64,000 nucleotides of DNA from Promethearchaeota archaeon (lineage in GTDB: Archaea > Asgardarchaeota > Lokiarchaeia > Sigyniarchaeales > SOKP01): the NCBI GenBank assembly GCA_048940805.1, contig JBHLOF010000004.1, positions 33,946 through 97,945 of the forward strand, given 5' to 3'. Position numbers and translations under genes: made by a program. Each line of letters opens with the position of its first letter. Position 1 is the stretch's first letter. Below, piece by piece: positions 38,581 to 48,338 of this stretch. Below the pieces are notes generated by a model. It was not told the DNA's origin and did no database searches. It saw only the letters and a program-made list of their open reading frames with translations.

Positions 38581-38816
38581 TCTTAAAAATAGTAACATAC
38601 TTAACTTATTCTTTTTTCAATTTCATAACTTAAGCAACTATTTAATTAATAAAGCAAGTGATTTAAATTTCAATATTAAGAGAACGATATATAGTTAGAG
38701 GTATTACGATTTCTGCCTTAATAACAACAGGGTCTTATATATTTCTCTCTATCATATCTATTATCTTCAGATTTATTTTTGCAGGGTTCTATCTTTTTGC
38801 AGATGTTCACTTTGTA

Positions 38817-39155
38817 TTGGGAACTGTTATTGGAGTAATTTACACTTTAAACAACAGAGATAAAAATCAAAAAATTTTAAAAAGTGGTGCGATTACTGGA
38901 GTTCTAGGTGGAATAATATCAGCATTCTTTATTAGTTTTTATCAATTGATACTTATAGCCATCCTCATAGTTCCAGATATCACAGTCTTCTTTTTATACC
39001 TCGGACTTTCTTTAGTTTCAGCAATTGCTATTGGATTAATAGTAGGAGCACTCATCAGTACATATTATACGTATAGAGAGATGAAAGGAGAAACAAAAGT
39101 AAAAGAATCATCGATAGATGACGACTTTAATTTTGATGAACTTATCAAAAAATAA
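38817..39155 (+). CDS. small membrane protein
   Basis: Two to three TM segments and an acidic C-terminal tail. The frame is open upstream to 38667 without a canonical start. Confidence 0.45.
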   Translation: MGTVIGVIYTLNNRDKNQKILKSGAITGVLGGIISAFFISFYQLILIAILIVPDITVFFLYLGLSLVSAIAIGLIVGALISTYYTYREMKGETKVKESSIDDDFNFDELIKK

Positions 39156-39198
39156 TTCAAATTAATATTAAAAAAAAAGAAAAATTTGGAATTTGAAT

Positions 39199-40137
39199 TT
39201 ACATTAGAGAAGCAAGAGAAGTTGCTAAAGTTTCTTTTGCTGGTTTACCTTCTAATAACTCTTTTTCAACACGTTCAGCTAAGATCTGGGGTGTGAATAC
39301 TTCTCCATTATTATTTATTTGTTTATAGGTAGTCCATCCTATTAGGGAAAACACTCGATCACCCACGACTCTAAAAACTTCTCCGTTAATTCCACTTGCT
39401 TTATCTGAGGCTAGAAATACAACCATAGGAGCAACATTAGTGGGATTGAAAATATCAAATCCTCTCTTATCTTTCATGCTCATTGTACCAGCCATAGTGG
39501 GTGTCGCATCTGTTGTAAGACGAGTTCTAGCCACGGGTACAATACAGTTAACAGTAGCATATTTTTTTAATTCCATTGAAGCGATATTTGTAAATGCTGC
39601 TATGCCTGCTTTAGCGGCACCATAATTTGATTGGCCCACATTTCCTAATAAACCAGCATCAGAAGCAGTATTAATAATTCTACCAAAATTACCTAAAGAT
39701 TCATTAGCTTTTCCTTGTTCCCTAAAGTATGCGGATGCATGTCGAGTCATATTAAACGTGCCTTTCACATGAACTGCCATAACATCATCAAATTCTTGCT
39801 CTGTCATATTGAAAAGCATACGATCTCGAAGAATTCCTGCATTATTTACCACGATATCTAGCTTTCCATATTCAGATATCGCTTGATCGATCATACCTTT
39901 CGCTTTATTAAAATCCGTAACAGTATCGTAATTTCCTACTGCTTTAACACCTAATTTCTTACATTCTTCCGCAATTTCATCTGCAACTTTAGTTTCGGCA
40001 CCGCTTCCATCAAAACTTCCACCTAAGTCGTTTACAACTAAATTACACCCCTCTTTGGCAAATAATAAAGCTTCTTCTCGCCCTAAACCACGACCCGCAC
40101 CTGTTATGATGGCAATTTTTCCTTCTAACATTCCCAT
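39199..40137 (-). CDS. short-chain dehydrogenase/reductase, MFE-2-type (3R)-hydroxyacyl-CoA dehydrogenase-like
   Basis: 'ITGAGRGLG', 'NNAGI', and catalytic 'S...YGAAKAG' within 'GRIINTASDAGLLGNVGQSNYGAAKAGI'. Confidence 0.9.
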   Translation of the reverse strand: MGMLEGKIAIITGAGRGLGREEALLFAKEGCNLVVNDLGGSFDGSGAETKVADEIAEECKKLGVKAVGNYDTVTDFNKAKGMIDQAISEYGKLDIVVNNAGILRDRMLFNMTEQEFDDVMAVHVKGTFNMTRHASAYFREQGKANESLGNFGRIINTASDAGLLGNVGQSNYGAAKAGIAAFTNIASMELKKYATVNCIVPVARTRLTTDATPTMAGTMSMKDKRGFDIFNPTNVAPMVVFLASDKASGINGEVFRVVGDRVFSLIGWTTYKQINNNGEVFTPQILAERVEKELLEGKPAKETLATSLASLM

Positions 40138-40262
40138 ATTTTTTCACTTTTGTTTTTCAATTTGATTTCTGATATGTTAATTTCAGTTGCAAGTTTAAAA
40201 AATTTTAAGGATTTTATTGAATTTCACAAAAATATCGAAGAAAAATTAAGATAAGTATATAA

Positions 40263-40760
40263 ATGGAATTTATAACTCATAATTTATTTGCTGTAATTAT
40301 ACAAATTTTATGTTTTAAATTTGCTATTTTCCCTTTTAATATAATCCTAACCATTATCTTTGCTTTTGTATCTCATATTATAACTGATGCCATATCAATT
40401 ATAACTTATCATACTCCAGAAGTTCAGAAAAACCTTTTTTGGATTGTATGGCATGTCATTATATATATCCTCTCAGCAGCATCATTAGTTGTGTTTATAA
40501 TCCCCTTTTGGTTGGGGATATTTTTTGCTAACTTAATGGATTTGTGGGATTGGGCCATATTGAGACCAATTCAGAATAAGAAAAAGAAAAAAAATCCAGA
40601 AACAAAATGGGGAGAAAAGTATTATTTTCATCGTATTGTTGATATAACAAGAAATGAATTGTTCTTTTGGCTACCCAGATGGAATTATAAGAAAGCAGGG
40701 ATATTAATTGAAATTTCTGTAATTGTTATTTTAACTGTGGTCATCTTTTTTCTCATTTAA
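40263..40760 (+). CDS. membrane protein, possibly DUF457/YdjM-like metal-dependent hydrolase
   Basis: 'FITHNLF' and 'SHIITDA' His/Asp motifs lie inside TM helices. This is a weak call. Confidence 0.35.
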   Translation: MEFITHNLFAVIIQILCFKFAIFPFNIILTIIFAFVSHIITDAISIITYHTPEVQKNLFWIVWHVIIYILSAASLVVFIIPFWLGIFFANLMDLWDWAILRPIQNKKKKKNPETKWGEKYYFHRIVDITRNELFFWLPRWNYKKAGILIEISVIVILTVVIFFLI

Positions 40761-41163
40761 TGATATTCGAATTACCAAGATCTTTAAATTCCTTAATATA
40801 AAACAAATGACTAGGACAGTCGCAATCAGTAGAGCCAAAATTGCTGATATAATTTTCTGTAGCTGTTTTTAATTCTTTAGCAATATTACATTCTAGTCGC
40901 TCAACTGAGGGGATTAAATATATTCGAGAGATATAGGTATTTTTTTGTTTTAATAAATAGTCAATATGCCAGTGAATTTTTTTATTCTCTGAAGGTTGAA
41001 TATGTCTATTTACACGATTAAGTAGTGTGGAAGATCCATAATTTCCCATCGCAGAACCAATATACAAATAATCTCCTCGTTTAAATATTAATTTACCGAG
41101 CGATCCTATGTAGATTTCCTCATCATCAGGAATACTAATAACTAGGATATAAGAACCTTTCAT
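40753..41163 (-). CDS. GIY-YIG superfamily (DUF123-type) endonuclease-like protein
   Basis: 'GSYILVI', 'GDYLYIGSAMG', 'LLNRVNRH' and 'KIHWHIDYLL' match the DUF123/Uri pattern. Confidence 0.75.
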   Translation of the reverse strand: MKGSYILVISIPDDEEIYIGSLGKLIFKRGDYLYIGSAMGNYGSSTLLNRVNRHIQPSENKKIHWHIDYLLKQKNTYISRIYLIPSVERLECNIAKELKTATENYISNFGSTDCDCPSHLFYIKEFKDLGNSNIIK

Positions 41164-41337
41164 TTATTTACATTCTTTTTTATGATCATGATAACAACTA
41201 TCACAATAATAGAGACCACAATTCTTACAAATATTAGCACACATGTCACATAGGGGATTGTTACAATCTTCACAATCATAGATATTGTTGTCGGTATTTT
41301 CCCCACAATTTCCACAGATTAATACATCTTCATTCAT
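41164..41337 (-). CDS. unannotated 57-aa Cys-rich multi-zinc-finger protein
   Basis: My translation of the minus strand is MNEDVLICGNCGENTDNNIYDCEDCNNPLCDMCANICKNCGLYYCDSCYHDHKKECK. It has five CxxC pairs plus H-x-H-x3-C. Its stop codon (41164-41166) directly abuts the ATG of the GIY-YIG gene (41163). It falls below the 60-aa cutoff of the ORF track. Confidence 0.6.
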   Translation of the reverse strand: MNEDVLICGNCGENTDNNIYDCEDCNNPLCDMCANICKNCGLYYCDSCYHDHKKECK

Positions 41338-41513
41338 TTTAGTTCACTGATTTAATTTCAAAATTAATGGCAGTATAAAAAATTCAATAAAAATCTCTTC
41401 CATTATTAGATAAATAAGTTGAATTTCCTTTATTTAATCTGATCTTATTAATCTTTTACTAAAACTTTTTTTAAACTAAAAAATTCATGATAAATAATTA
41501 GTTAAGAGAAAGC

Positions 41514-43271
41514 TTGTTATTTATGGAAAAAGGAGACGATAGAAAAGAGCTTAAACTCGATTTTTCTAAATCTCGAAGATTTTTTGAGCAAGAAGGGAGT
41601 TCTCGGGTAATTACATCTGGTTCTCTTAATATGTTTTTTGCTTTAATAAATGCTAGTTGTATTTGGATTTTTATAATATTTGCTACAGGATGGGAAGGTC
41701 TAAAATATTTTGGACTTACAACAGCCATAAACGGTATCGTATCATTAATAGGTATTGGTATCTCAAGATATTTCATTGCTGAAATCAAAACAGCATTCAT
41801 TATTGATGAAGAATTAGGAAAGCTGAAAGGTACTACTTATTCCAAAATTTTATTTTTGATTGGTTTAACATTAGGAGTAGCTATGATAACAATGCCTTTT
41901 TCATTAGGGACTGTTATAACTAACCAGTTATTAAGAGATTGCATTTTTGCCTCTGGATTTTCATCTATTTTATTATATATTAATTTTGTATTTCAAATTG
42001 GTTTAGAAATTAAGAATAGATACGATATTACAGCGTTTCTTTCCATTTTTAATGGGATGTTCCTATTGGGGTGGGGATTCCTTTTTATGACTTTTAACTT
42101 TAATCCTTTTTGGTTCGCTTTTTATCCATTTTTTAATATCACAACCACATTTCTATTAGCTTTTTTTTTTATTAGAGTTGCTCCCTATTCAGTTAAAGAT
42201 ATAACTCACGCAGGATTAAGAACAAGAACAATGAAGAAAAGAGCTTCTCCAAACGTTAGAAAATTGATTGAAGAACATCAAATATGGTTGTATATAAAAA
42301 ATTCACTTTTCTCTATGCTTACTAATATCCAAAATTCTAGATTTTTTGAAGATATCCTATTTTTCTTCGCTGCGATATATTTAGCAATTTTTACTGGTCC
42401 TGCCTATCAAGGTTATGCGTTGAGTTTATTAACCGTCTTGATGACATATGGGTCGGTTAAAACAGTAATACTCTATTATTCAGCACCGTTAAATATTGAA
42501 ATTGCAGAAGCTTGTGTTAAAGACAAACATGAAACTATTGAAGCTTCTATTAATGATTCAACTAGAATTTCAAGTATCTTAGCTTTTGGTTTCCTAACTG
42601 CACTGGTAGCTCTTGCGAGAGAATTGTTACTCTATTTACATCCTGACTTGTTTTATGATGGTGGAGTCCTTAATTCAGCTAATTATTCTCTGGCTCAAAT
42701 TTTATTTCTTCTTATCATATTAGGTCAGTTTATTTATGGATATTCAACGTTATTCGGAAATGCATTAATAGGATCAGGAAATGCTAAATTAGCGGCTCGG
42801 GGATTTCTAATAACTTTTTTAATAATATCTGCATTATCCCCAGCGTTTATTCTATTTTTCGGACTTTTGGGTATAGGTATTGTAATGTTAATCTCATCGT
42901 TGTTCTTATTACCTTATGTGATAATTCAACTCAAAAACAAGCTTAATATCCGTTACAAGCTTAGGATTTATCGATTAATCCCTAATTTGTTAATTCTTTT
43001 CATTATTTTATGGGTTTTTCCATTCATTAATATTATTACGCTCTTTTTTGGCATAATTATAGGAGCAATAATATATTTATTATTAAATCCATTCTTTGGA
43101 GTATCAATTCCAGAGGATTTGCAAATGATTAACGATTTATTCACTACACTAAGGCTGAGTTTTGTAGGGGATTTGATTGTTAACACAATGAAGAGAACAT
43201 ATAATTTCAGTCCATTAAATAAGGATAAAATTGTATCTGAAAAAAATAAGTTAATTTTGGTAATGAAATAA
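41514..43271 (+). CDS. polytopic membrane protein, possibly MOP-superfamily (Wzx/MATE-like) flippase
   Basis: ~12-14 hydrophobic segments over 585 aa. The likely start is ATG 41523. Family assignment is weak. Confidence 0.45.
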   Translation: MLFMEKGDDRKELKLDFSKSRRFFEQEGSSRVITSGSLNMFFALINASCIWIFIIFATGWEGLKYFGLTTAINGIVSLIGIGISRYFIAEIKTAFIIDEELGKLKGTTYSKILFLIGLTLGVAMITMPFSLGTVITNQLLRDCIFASGFSSILLYINFVFQIGLEIKNRYDITAFLSIFNGMFLLGWGFLFMTFNFNPFWFAFYPFFNITTTFLLAFFFIRVAPYSVKDITHAGLRTRTMKKRASPNVRKLIEEHQIWLYIKNSLFSMLTNIQNSRFFEDILFFFAAIYLAIFTGPAYQGYALSLLTVLMTYGSVKTVILYYSAPLNIEIAEACVKDKHETIEASINDSTRISSILAFGFLTALVALARELLLYLHPDLFYDGGVLNSANYSLAQILFLLIILGQFIYGYSTLFGNALIGSGNAKLAARGFLITFLIISALSPAFILFFGLLGIGIVMLISSLFLLPYVIIQLKNKLNIRYKLRIYRLIPNLLILFIILWVFPFINIITLFFGIIIGAIIYLLLNPFFGVSIPEDLQMINDLFTTLRLSFVGDLIVNTMKRTYNFSPLNKDKIVSEKNKLILVMK

Positions 43272-43286
43272 ATTATTAGAAATGAT

Positions 43287-44138
43287 TTAATAATCGAAAA
43301 ATCCACGTTTGGTTTTTCTTCCTAATAAGTCATCATCCACCATTTTTTTTAATAGTTTACTTGTTTGAAATTTTTTTCCAAGTTGTTTTGTCAAATATTC
43401 ACCAATATGATAATATATATCATTTCCCACAAGATCAGAAAGTTCTAATGGTCCCATCGGAAAGTTAAATGCTAATTTACAGGCAATATCAATATCTTCT
43501 GCACTCGCGATTCCTTCTCTTAGGATCTCTATAGCTTCATTACATAAAACATATATAAGTCGACTAGTTACAAATCCAGGGGAGTCTCTTACAGAAACAA
43601 CAGTCTTATTTAAACTCTCAGAAAAGTTTTTTGCTTTCTCGAAAGTGTCATCAGATGTCTTCTTACCTCTAACTAGTTCAATTAATTTCATAACAGGAGC
43701 AGGATTAAAAAAATGTATTCCAACTATTCTCTCCTGTAATTCAGATTTTGAAGCTATATCCGAAATACTTAATGAAGAAGTATTGGATGCTATAATTACT
43801 TCCCTCTTGCATATAGTGTCAAGTTCAGAAAACAATTGCTGCTTTAAACTCATATCCTCAAAAATAGCTTCAATTACAATTTCTGTGTCTTTAACTGATT
43901 CCTCTTTATTAGTATTTATATTAATTCTATTCAAAATTTTATTTGCTTCTTCTTCAGATATTTTATTCTTTCTTACAAAAAACCTCTCTAAGTTATTTTC
44001 AATGGCTACTTTAACATTTTCAAGTATTTCGACATTAATATCCACTAAATTAACGTTATACCCATGAGTTGCACATAATTGTGCAATTCCTGAACCCATT
44101 ATCCCAGATCCAATAACACACACATTTTTTATCTCCAT
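43287..44138 (-). CDS. hbd: 3-hydroxyacyl-CoA (3-hydroxybutyryl-CoA) dehydrogenase
   Basis: Rossmann 'VCVIGSGIMGSGIA', 'ASNTSSLSI', 'HFFNPAPVMKLIE' and 'PGFVTSR'. I trimmed the start to ATG 44138 (MEIKNV...), preceded by GAGGA. The longer ORF would overlap the upstream gene. Confidence 0.9.
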   Translation of the reverse strand: MEIKNVCVIGSGIMGSGIAQLCATHGYNVNLVDINVEILENVKVAIENNLERFFVRKNKISEEEANKILNRININTNKEESVKDTEIVIEAIFEDMSLKQQLFSELDTICKREVIIASNTSSLSISDIASKSELQERIVGIHFFNPAPVMKLIELVRGKKTSDDTFEKAKNFSESLNKTVVSVRDSPGFVTSRLIYVLCNEAIEILREGIASAEDIDIACKLAFNFPMGPLELSDLVGNDIYYHIGEYLTKQLGKKFQTSKLLKKMVDDDLLGRKTKRGFFDY

Positions 44139-44148
44139 GTTATCCTCA

Positions 44149-44943
44149 CTATTTTCTAAACTGGTTAAAGTCTGCTTTACGTTTTTCAATGAAGGCATTT
44201 TTACCTTCAACAGCTTCATCAGTATTATAGTAAAGAGATAACCCACCTACACCCAATTGAGTAATACCTGTTACGCCATCAGTCTCAGCTAAGAATGCAT
44301 ATTTCAACATTTTTAATGCAGTTGGGCTTTTATCCAGAATTTCTTGGCACCATTGATTCACTTCTTCGTCTAACTTTTCCATTGGTACAACGGCATTAAT
44401 CCATCCCATTTCTAGAGCTTGTTGAGCAGTATAACGACGACATAGATACCAGATTTCTTTTGCTCGCTTTATACCAACTGAACGCATTAAGTCACCAGTA
44501 CCATAGCCGGGATCAAATGACCCCACACGAGGACCTGCCTGACCAAATTGTGCATGTTCAGCTGCGATGCTAAGGTCACAGTTAACTTGCCATACATTCC
44601 CTCCACCAATTGCATACCCATTAACTCTTGCAATAACAGGTTTAGAGAGCGTTCGGATCAAATGAGTTACTCTTTGCCATCCCACTTCCAATGGTAATAG
44701 GTGTCCTCCTTTATAACCACCTTTCTCACGGGTAGACTGATCTCCTCCAGTACAAAATGCCTTTTCCCCAATACCAGTAAATACAACAACACCAATGTCA
44801 TTACTTGCGCACCTACTAAAAGCATCAATTAATTCATGAACAGTTTGCTGTGTGCAAGCATTATAAACTTGAGGGCGATTAATTGTAATACGAGCAATTT
44901 TATCCTCTACTTCAAACATAATCTCATCGTAATTCATAATCAA
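44149..44943 (-). CDS. crotonase-superfamily enzyme of the MenB/BadI subgroup
   Basis: 'ITINRPQVYNA', 'FCTGGDQS..GGY', 'VNGYAIGGG', 'FGQAGPRVGSFD', and C-terminal 'EGKNAFIEKRKADF', collinear with naphthoate synthase/BadI. Confidence 0.85.
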   Translation of the reverse strand: MIMNYDEIMFEVEDKIARITINRPQVYNACTQQTVHELIDAFSRCASNDIGVVVFTGIGEKAFCTGGDQSTREKGGYKGGHLLPLEVGWQRVTHLIRTLSKPVIARVNGYAIGGGNVWQVNCDLSIAAEHAQFGQAGPRVGSFDPGYGTGDLMRSVGIKRAKEIWYLCRRYTAQQALEMGWINAVVPMEKLDEEVNQWCQEILDKSPTALKMLKYAFLAETDGVTGITQLGVGGLSLYYNTDEAVEGKNAFIEKRKADFNQFRK

Positions 44944-45017
44944 ATCTCACCATATTTTTTATTATATTTAATCCTAATATATTTCTTTTGTTTATTAACC
45001 CGAATGAATTCGGGATA

Positions 45018-45312
45018 AGTAATGAAAAAGCTGGCTCTCATGCAGGTGAGGTTGAAACCTCCCAAGTGTTAGCTATAGCAGAAAATCAGGTTAAAAAAAG
45101 AACTTTTTACAGCAGGATACATGGGTGTAATTGTTCTAGAAGAAGAGAAAGGGTTATATGAAAAAGGAATCTCTTTTATATCTGAAATAGGTGTTATAGG
45201 TGATCCAACTCAATCAAATATAGAGAAAGGCAAGATTTTTATTGAGAAGTTAGCAGAAAAGCTAACAGATGATATTAAAAAGATATTAATCCATATTAAA
45301 TATTTAAGCTAA
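45018..45312 (+). pseudogene. creatininase-family (creatinine amidohydrolase/MftE-like) gene remnant, 5'-truncated and frameshifted
   Basis: Frame 3 encodes 'GSHAGEVETSQVLAIAENQVKK'. After an A7 run (45093-45099) the sequence continues in frame 1 as 'ELFTAGYMGV...IGVIGDPTQSNIEKGKIFIEKLAEKL'. The N-terminal ~110 aa of the family are absent. Confidence 0.65.
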
Positions 45313-45365
45313 TTACTTAAATAGAGATTTTCCCAAGAGTTTCATTATTATTTAAAACATTTATA

Positions 45366-45902
45366 TCATAATACCATTTTTTGTCTAATCTCTTGTACCA
45401 TTTTGAATCCATTCTCATTTATTTCAGTTAAAATATCTCTTAATATTTCATTTATTGCCATTCCATGCAAATCACATGAAACATAGAGAAGTGATATAAT
45501 TTCCTTTGCTAACATTGATAGAGTTTTAACATCTTTAATAGGAATTCTAATTCCAAGAGCTTTTAAATCCATATGAGTCTCCTTTTCTTGTTGTCTAATT
45601 GTTATTAGTATATCGTTTTTTCGACCCTTCCACTCTTCTGAAACGGCTCGGAGAGATAAAATATATTTTTTAGTCGGACTCCCAATACCTTTAACATCTT
45701 TTGCAAAGTTTAATGGCTCAGAATTCCTTATCGTCTTTAATCCAAATGTTCTATTCAGCTTATAATTTTTGTCTAATTTAACTTTCATTTTAGAGATTTC
45801 ATCAGTTAGCTGTTCCACTTTCAAAGCTAACTTTTCAAACTTTTGGAGTAATAATTCCTCAACATTTGATTCATAACTACTCATAACGATCACTGTAAGC
45901 AA
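45366..45902 (-). CDS. hypothetical protein with N-terminal coiled coil
   Basis: 178-aa ORF with no recognised motifs. Confidence 0.4.
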   Translation of the reverse strand: MLTVIVMSSYESNVEELLLQKFEKLALKVEQLTDEISKMKVKLDKNYKLNRTFGLKTIRNSEPLNFAKDVKGIGSPTKKYILSLRAVSEEWKGRKNDILITIRQQEKETHMDLKALGIRIPIKDVKTLSMLAKEIISLLYVSCDLHGMAINEILRDILTEINENGFKMVQEIRQKMVL

Positions 45903-46069
45903 ATTGAAGTATGATACTTTTTGATTATCTGTTTAATAAACCTAATTATTAAACTATTAATCTATGGAGAATTTTTAATTTTTAATCGATATTACAGATG
46001 AAAATTCCTTTATCATACATTTAATATTAAAAAAAAGGAATTATGTTAAAATTAAAAGAGTTATTTTTG

Positions 46070-47320
46070 CTAAGAACCATCTAGACTTTCTTCAGAAAAA
46101 TCCTTGTTACCTTCTTCATAACCGCTGGATTCAGATGTTTCCAAACTTTCTTCTGCTAAAATCGGTTTGGATTCATAGGTTGTCGATTCTGATATAAGGA
46201 TTTCTTTTTCTTCTTCCAATTCTTCTTTTTCTAATTCTTTACGCTCTTTATGAGATTTATTTATTTCATATATCCCAATAATTATTAATACAGCAATGAA
46301 GAATAAAAGAACAGCAATATTTTTTGCAGTATTAATAAGGTTATCATCTAAAAAACTTAATTCATTTATCCAGGGAAACCAAGGAATATTGACGGCATTA
46401 AAGATATCATAAGGGAAATAATGAATAAACTCATATGTTACCTTTGAGAGAATCAACCAAATGATTACCGTATCAAGACCAAATCTTTTTAATCTTTTGC
46501 TTAGAAGCTCTGCTTGTGAACCCATAAGAGTGCTAAGAGAATAAAAGATAATTAAGAGATCAGGGATAATTATTCCCAGATATGCCCAAATAGATGCTAT
46601 TTGGTTTTGTTCTGTACCAATACCAACGATACCCATATAGATTTTCATTACTAAAAACAAGGTATAAAACGAGACTAAAATTGCGAATATTCCAAACCAT
46701 CCATTAAAACTTTTCTTAAACATATAAACGATACAGATAATAGCAAGTCCTATAAGTACCCCACCCACTACAAGATAAATCCCATTTAAGTACCAAGGGA
46801 CAGCTAATGGCGTTTCAATTATGATTGAAAAATCTATTAATGAGGGTCCTATAATAAAAAGATACATGAGGAATAATGAAACTGCTAATCCCCCGAAAAA
46901 AATTATAAATCTTAAAAATTTTTTTCCTTTTTTGTCTGAAATCATTTTTTTATCTACTCTTTTTCCGATCAAATAACAACCGTAAAATATGAACCAACTT
47001 GTGAAAAAGAAGTATGTAATAACAGAGATTGCAAACAAAACTATTAAAATAATTGATAATAATAGCATTATTGGCAACGACACCAGTAGAAACAATAAAA
47101 TTTTCCAAGGGGGATAATCAAATATACTCCTTTTAGAAATAAGAGATAGCAAGAAAAGGAACATTAAAAATACTAAAAAAGGTAAGAAAATCAAAATTCC
47201 TATAATTGATACGATACGGTTAGGATAAGGAATAATTGAGACTCCAATCAACAACCAAATTACGAGGGCAGTTAATCTCCAATTTTTGCCTATTTTCTTT
47301 AAATTATCGATGATATCCAT
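46070..47320 (-). CDS. polytopic membrane protein with acidic C-terminal tail
   Basis: ~10 TM segments followed by 'ERKELEKEELEEEKE...' and an acidic tail. Confidence 0.5.
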   Translation of the reverse strand: MDIIDNLKKIGKNWRLTALVIWLLIGVSIIPYPNRIVSIIGILIFLPFLVFLMFLFLLSLISKRSIFDYPPWKILLFLLVSLPIMLLLSIILIVLFAISVITYFFFTSWFIFYGCYLIGKRVDKKMISDKKGKKFLRFIIFFGGLAVSLFLMYLFIIGPSLIDFSIIIETPLAVPWYLNGIYLVVGGVLIGLAIICIVYMFKKSFNGWFGIFAILVSFYTLFLVMKIYMGIVGIGTEQNQIASIWAYLGIIIPDLLIIFYSLSTLMGSQAELLSKRLKRFGLDTVIIWLILSKVTYEFIHYFPYDIFNAVNIPWFPWINELSFLDDNLINTAKNIAVLLFFIAVLIIIGIYEINKSHKERKELEKEELEEEKEILISESTTYESKPILAEESLETSESSGYEEGNKDFSEESLDGS

Positions 47321-47404
47321 AAAAAATAAGTTAAACTTAATATATTTAAACTTTCTTATTCAGTAGAATCATTTAAAAATCAACGTAAAGTCCTAGGATG
47401 ACAT

Positions 47405-48208
47405 TTACTCCATAAAATCAATTAAACTTTTCTGAGTGTTAAAATGGTAAAATTTTAATCCCCATTGTTTTTTTAACTGATTAACAGACTCTGGTGCGAA
47501 ACCAGCAAAATGGTTGTTAACAATGATAAATATTTCATAAATATTAGGTTTTTTTTCCAATATTTCAATATTTCTTCTTAAATCTGATAAGGAATTCTTC
47601 TGGTCTCTTTGTATTCGATTAAACGTGGTTAATTCTCTATCTCCTATCAATCTAATATAATAAACATTTTGATTTTCTAAATAGTAAGGCAAAATTCCCG
47701 GTTTATAGGTAGTTCCAAGAATAATCCTTTTACCATCTATAAAATTAGAAAGGATTCTTGGGTTATACCAAGAATTATCTCTTAATTCTATAATATATTT
47801 AGATTCAGAGGGAAGTTGATTAATTAATAATTTTAATTTTCTTTGATGAATTTCTGAATAATTAAACCAAGGAGGGAATTGAAAAAGAAAGAATTCAATT
47901 TTATCTTTTAATAACGATAAATTGGAGAAGAATTGGGAAAGGTATAAATCCATATCGGGATCCCCCAGATTGTGTGAGATTTTTTGCCATACTTTCACAG
48001 TGAAGCGGAAATTCTCTGGTACACGATTATTCCAACTTTTTACCATTGATGTAGTAGGCAAATTATAAAAAGTTGAATTAATTTCAACAATATCGAAAAA
48101 TTTTGAATAATAGCTAAGATGATGAGTGCTTTCAAGCCCTTTTGGATAAAATGGACCAATCCAATCTTTATACTCCCATCCAGCAGTTCCAATTTTGATT
48201 TTTTCCAT
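47405..48208 (-). CDS. DUF72 (UPF0759) family protein
   Basis: N-terminal 'IGTAGWEYKDWIGPFYP' signature. The ~267 aa length is typical. Confidence 0.85.
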   Translation of the reverse strand: MEKIKIGTAGWEYKDWIGPFYPKGLESTHHLSYYSKFFDIVEINSTFYNLPTTSMVKSWNNRVPENFRFTVKVWQKISHNLGDPDMDLYLSQFFSNLSLLKDKIEFFLFQFPPWFNYSEIHQRKLKLLINQLPSESKYIIELRDNSWYNPRILSNFIDGKRIILGTTYKPGILPYYLENQNVYYIRLIGDRELTTFNRIQRDQKNSLSDLRRNIEILEKKPNIYEIFIIVNNHFAGFAPESVNQLKKQWGLKFYHFNTQKSLIDFME

Positions 48209-48322
48209 TTGATTGAAGATGAAACCTTAGCTTATTTTAAGGATTCAATATTTTTCTATACTGAAATATTTAATTTTTATAAAAAATTGAATGTGTTTTT
48301 TAAGAACGTGATAATAGAAAAA

Positions 48323-48328
48323 AGGTGG
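48323..48328 (+). promoter_or_regulatory. Shine-Dalgarno-like AGGTGG upstream of TTG 48339
   Basis: The same AGGTG element precedes the paralog at 49201. Confidence 0.35.
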
Positions 48329-48338
48329 ACTTAAATCT

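Noticed and set aside
38667-38816. An in-frame hydrophobic extension ('ISALITTGSYIFLSIISIIFRFIFAGFYLF') upstream of the TTG start of the small membrane protein.
   Set aside because: It could be an extra TM helix with a non-canonical start. However, AT-rich DNA readily yields Ile/Phe/Leu-rich open frames, and there is no conserved motif to anchor it, unlike the AbrB and DEAD-box cases.
44139-44246. A 36-aa N-terminal extension of the Hbd ORF that overlaps the 3' end of the crotonase gene.
   Set aside because: The Rossmann fold starts right after Met37 (ATG 44138), which is preceded by GAGGA. The extension has no homology-like features.
44999-45014. The near-palindrome CCCGAAT-GA-ATTCGGG between the crotonase start and the creatininase remnant.
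   Set aside because: The 7-bp arms leave only a 2-nt loop. It contains an EcoRI-like GAATTC core, is isolated, and is not repeated elsewhere in the window. That is not enough to call a regulatory or mobile-element end.
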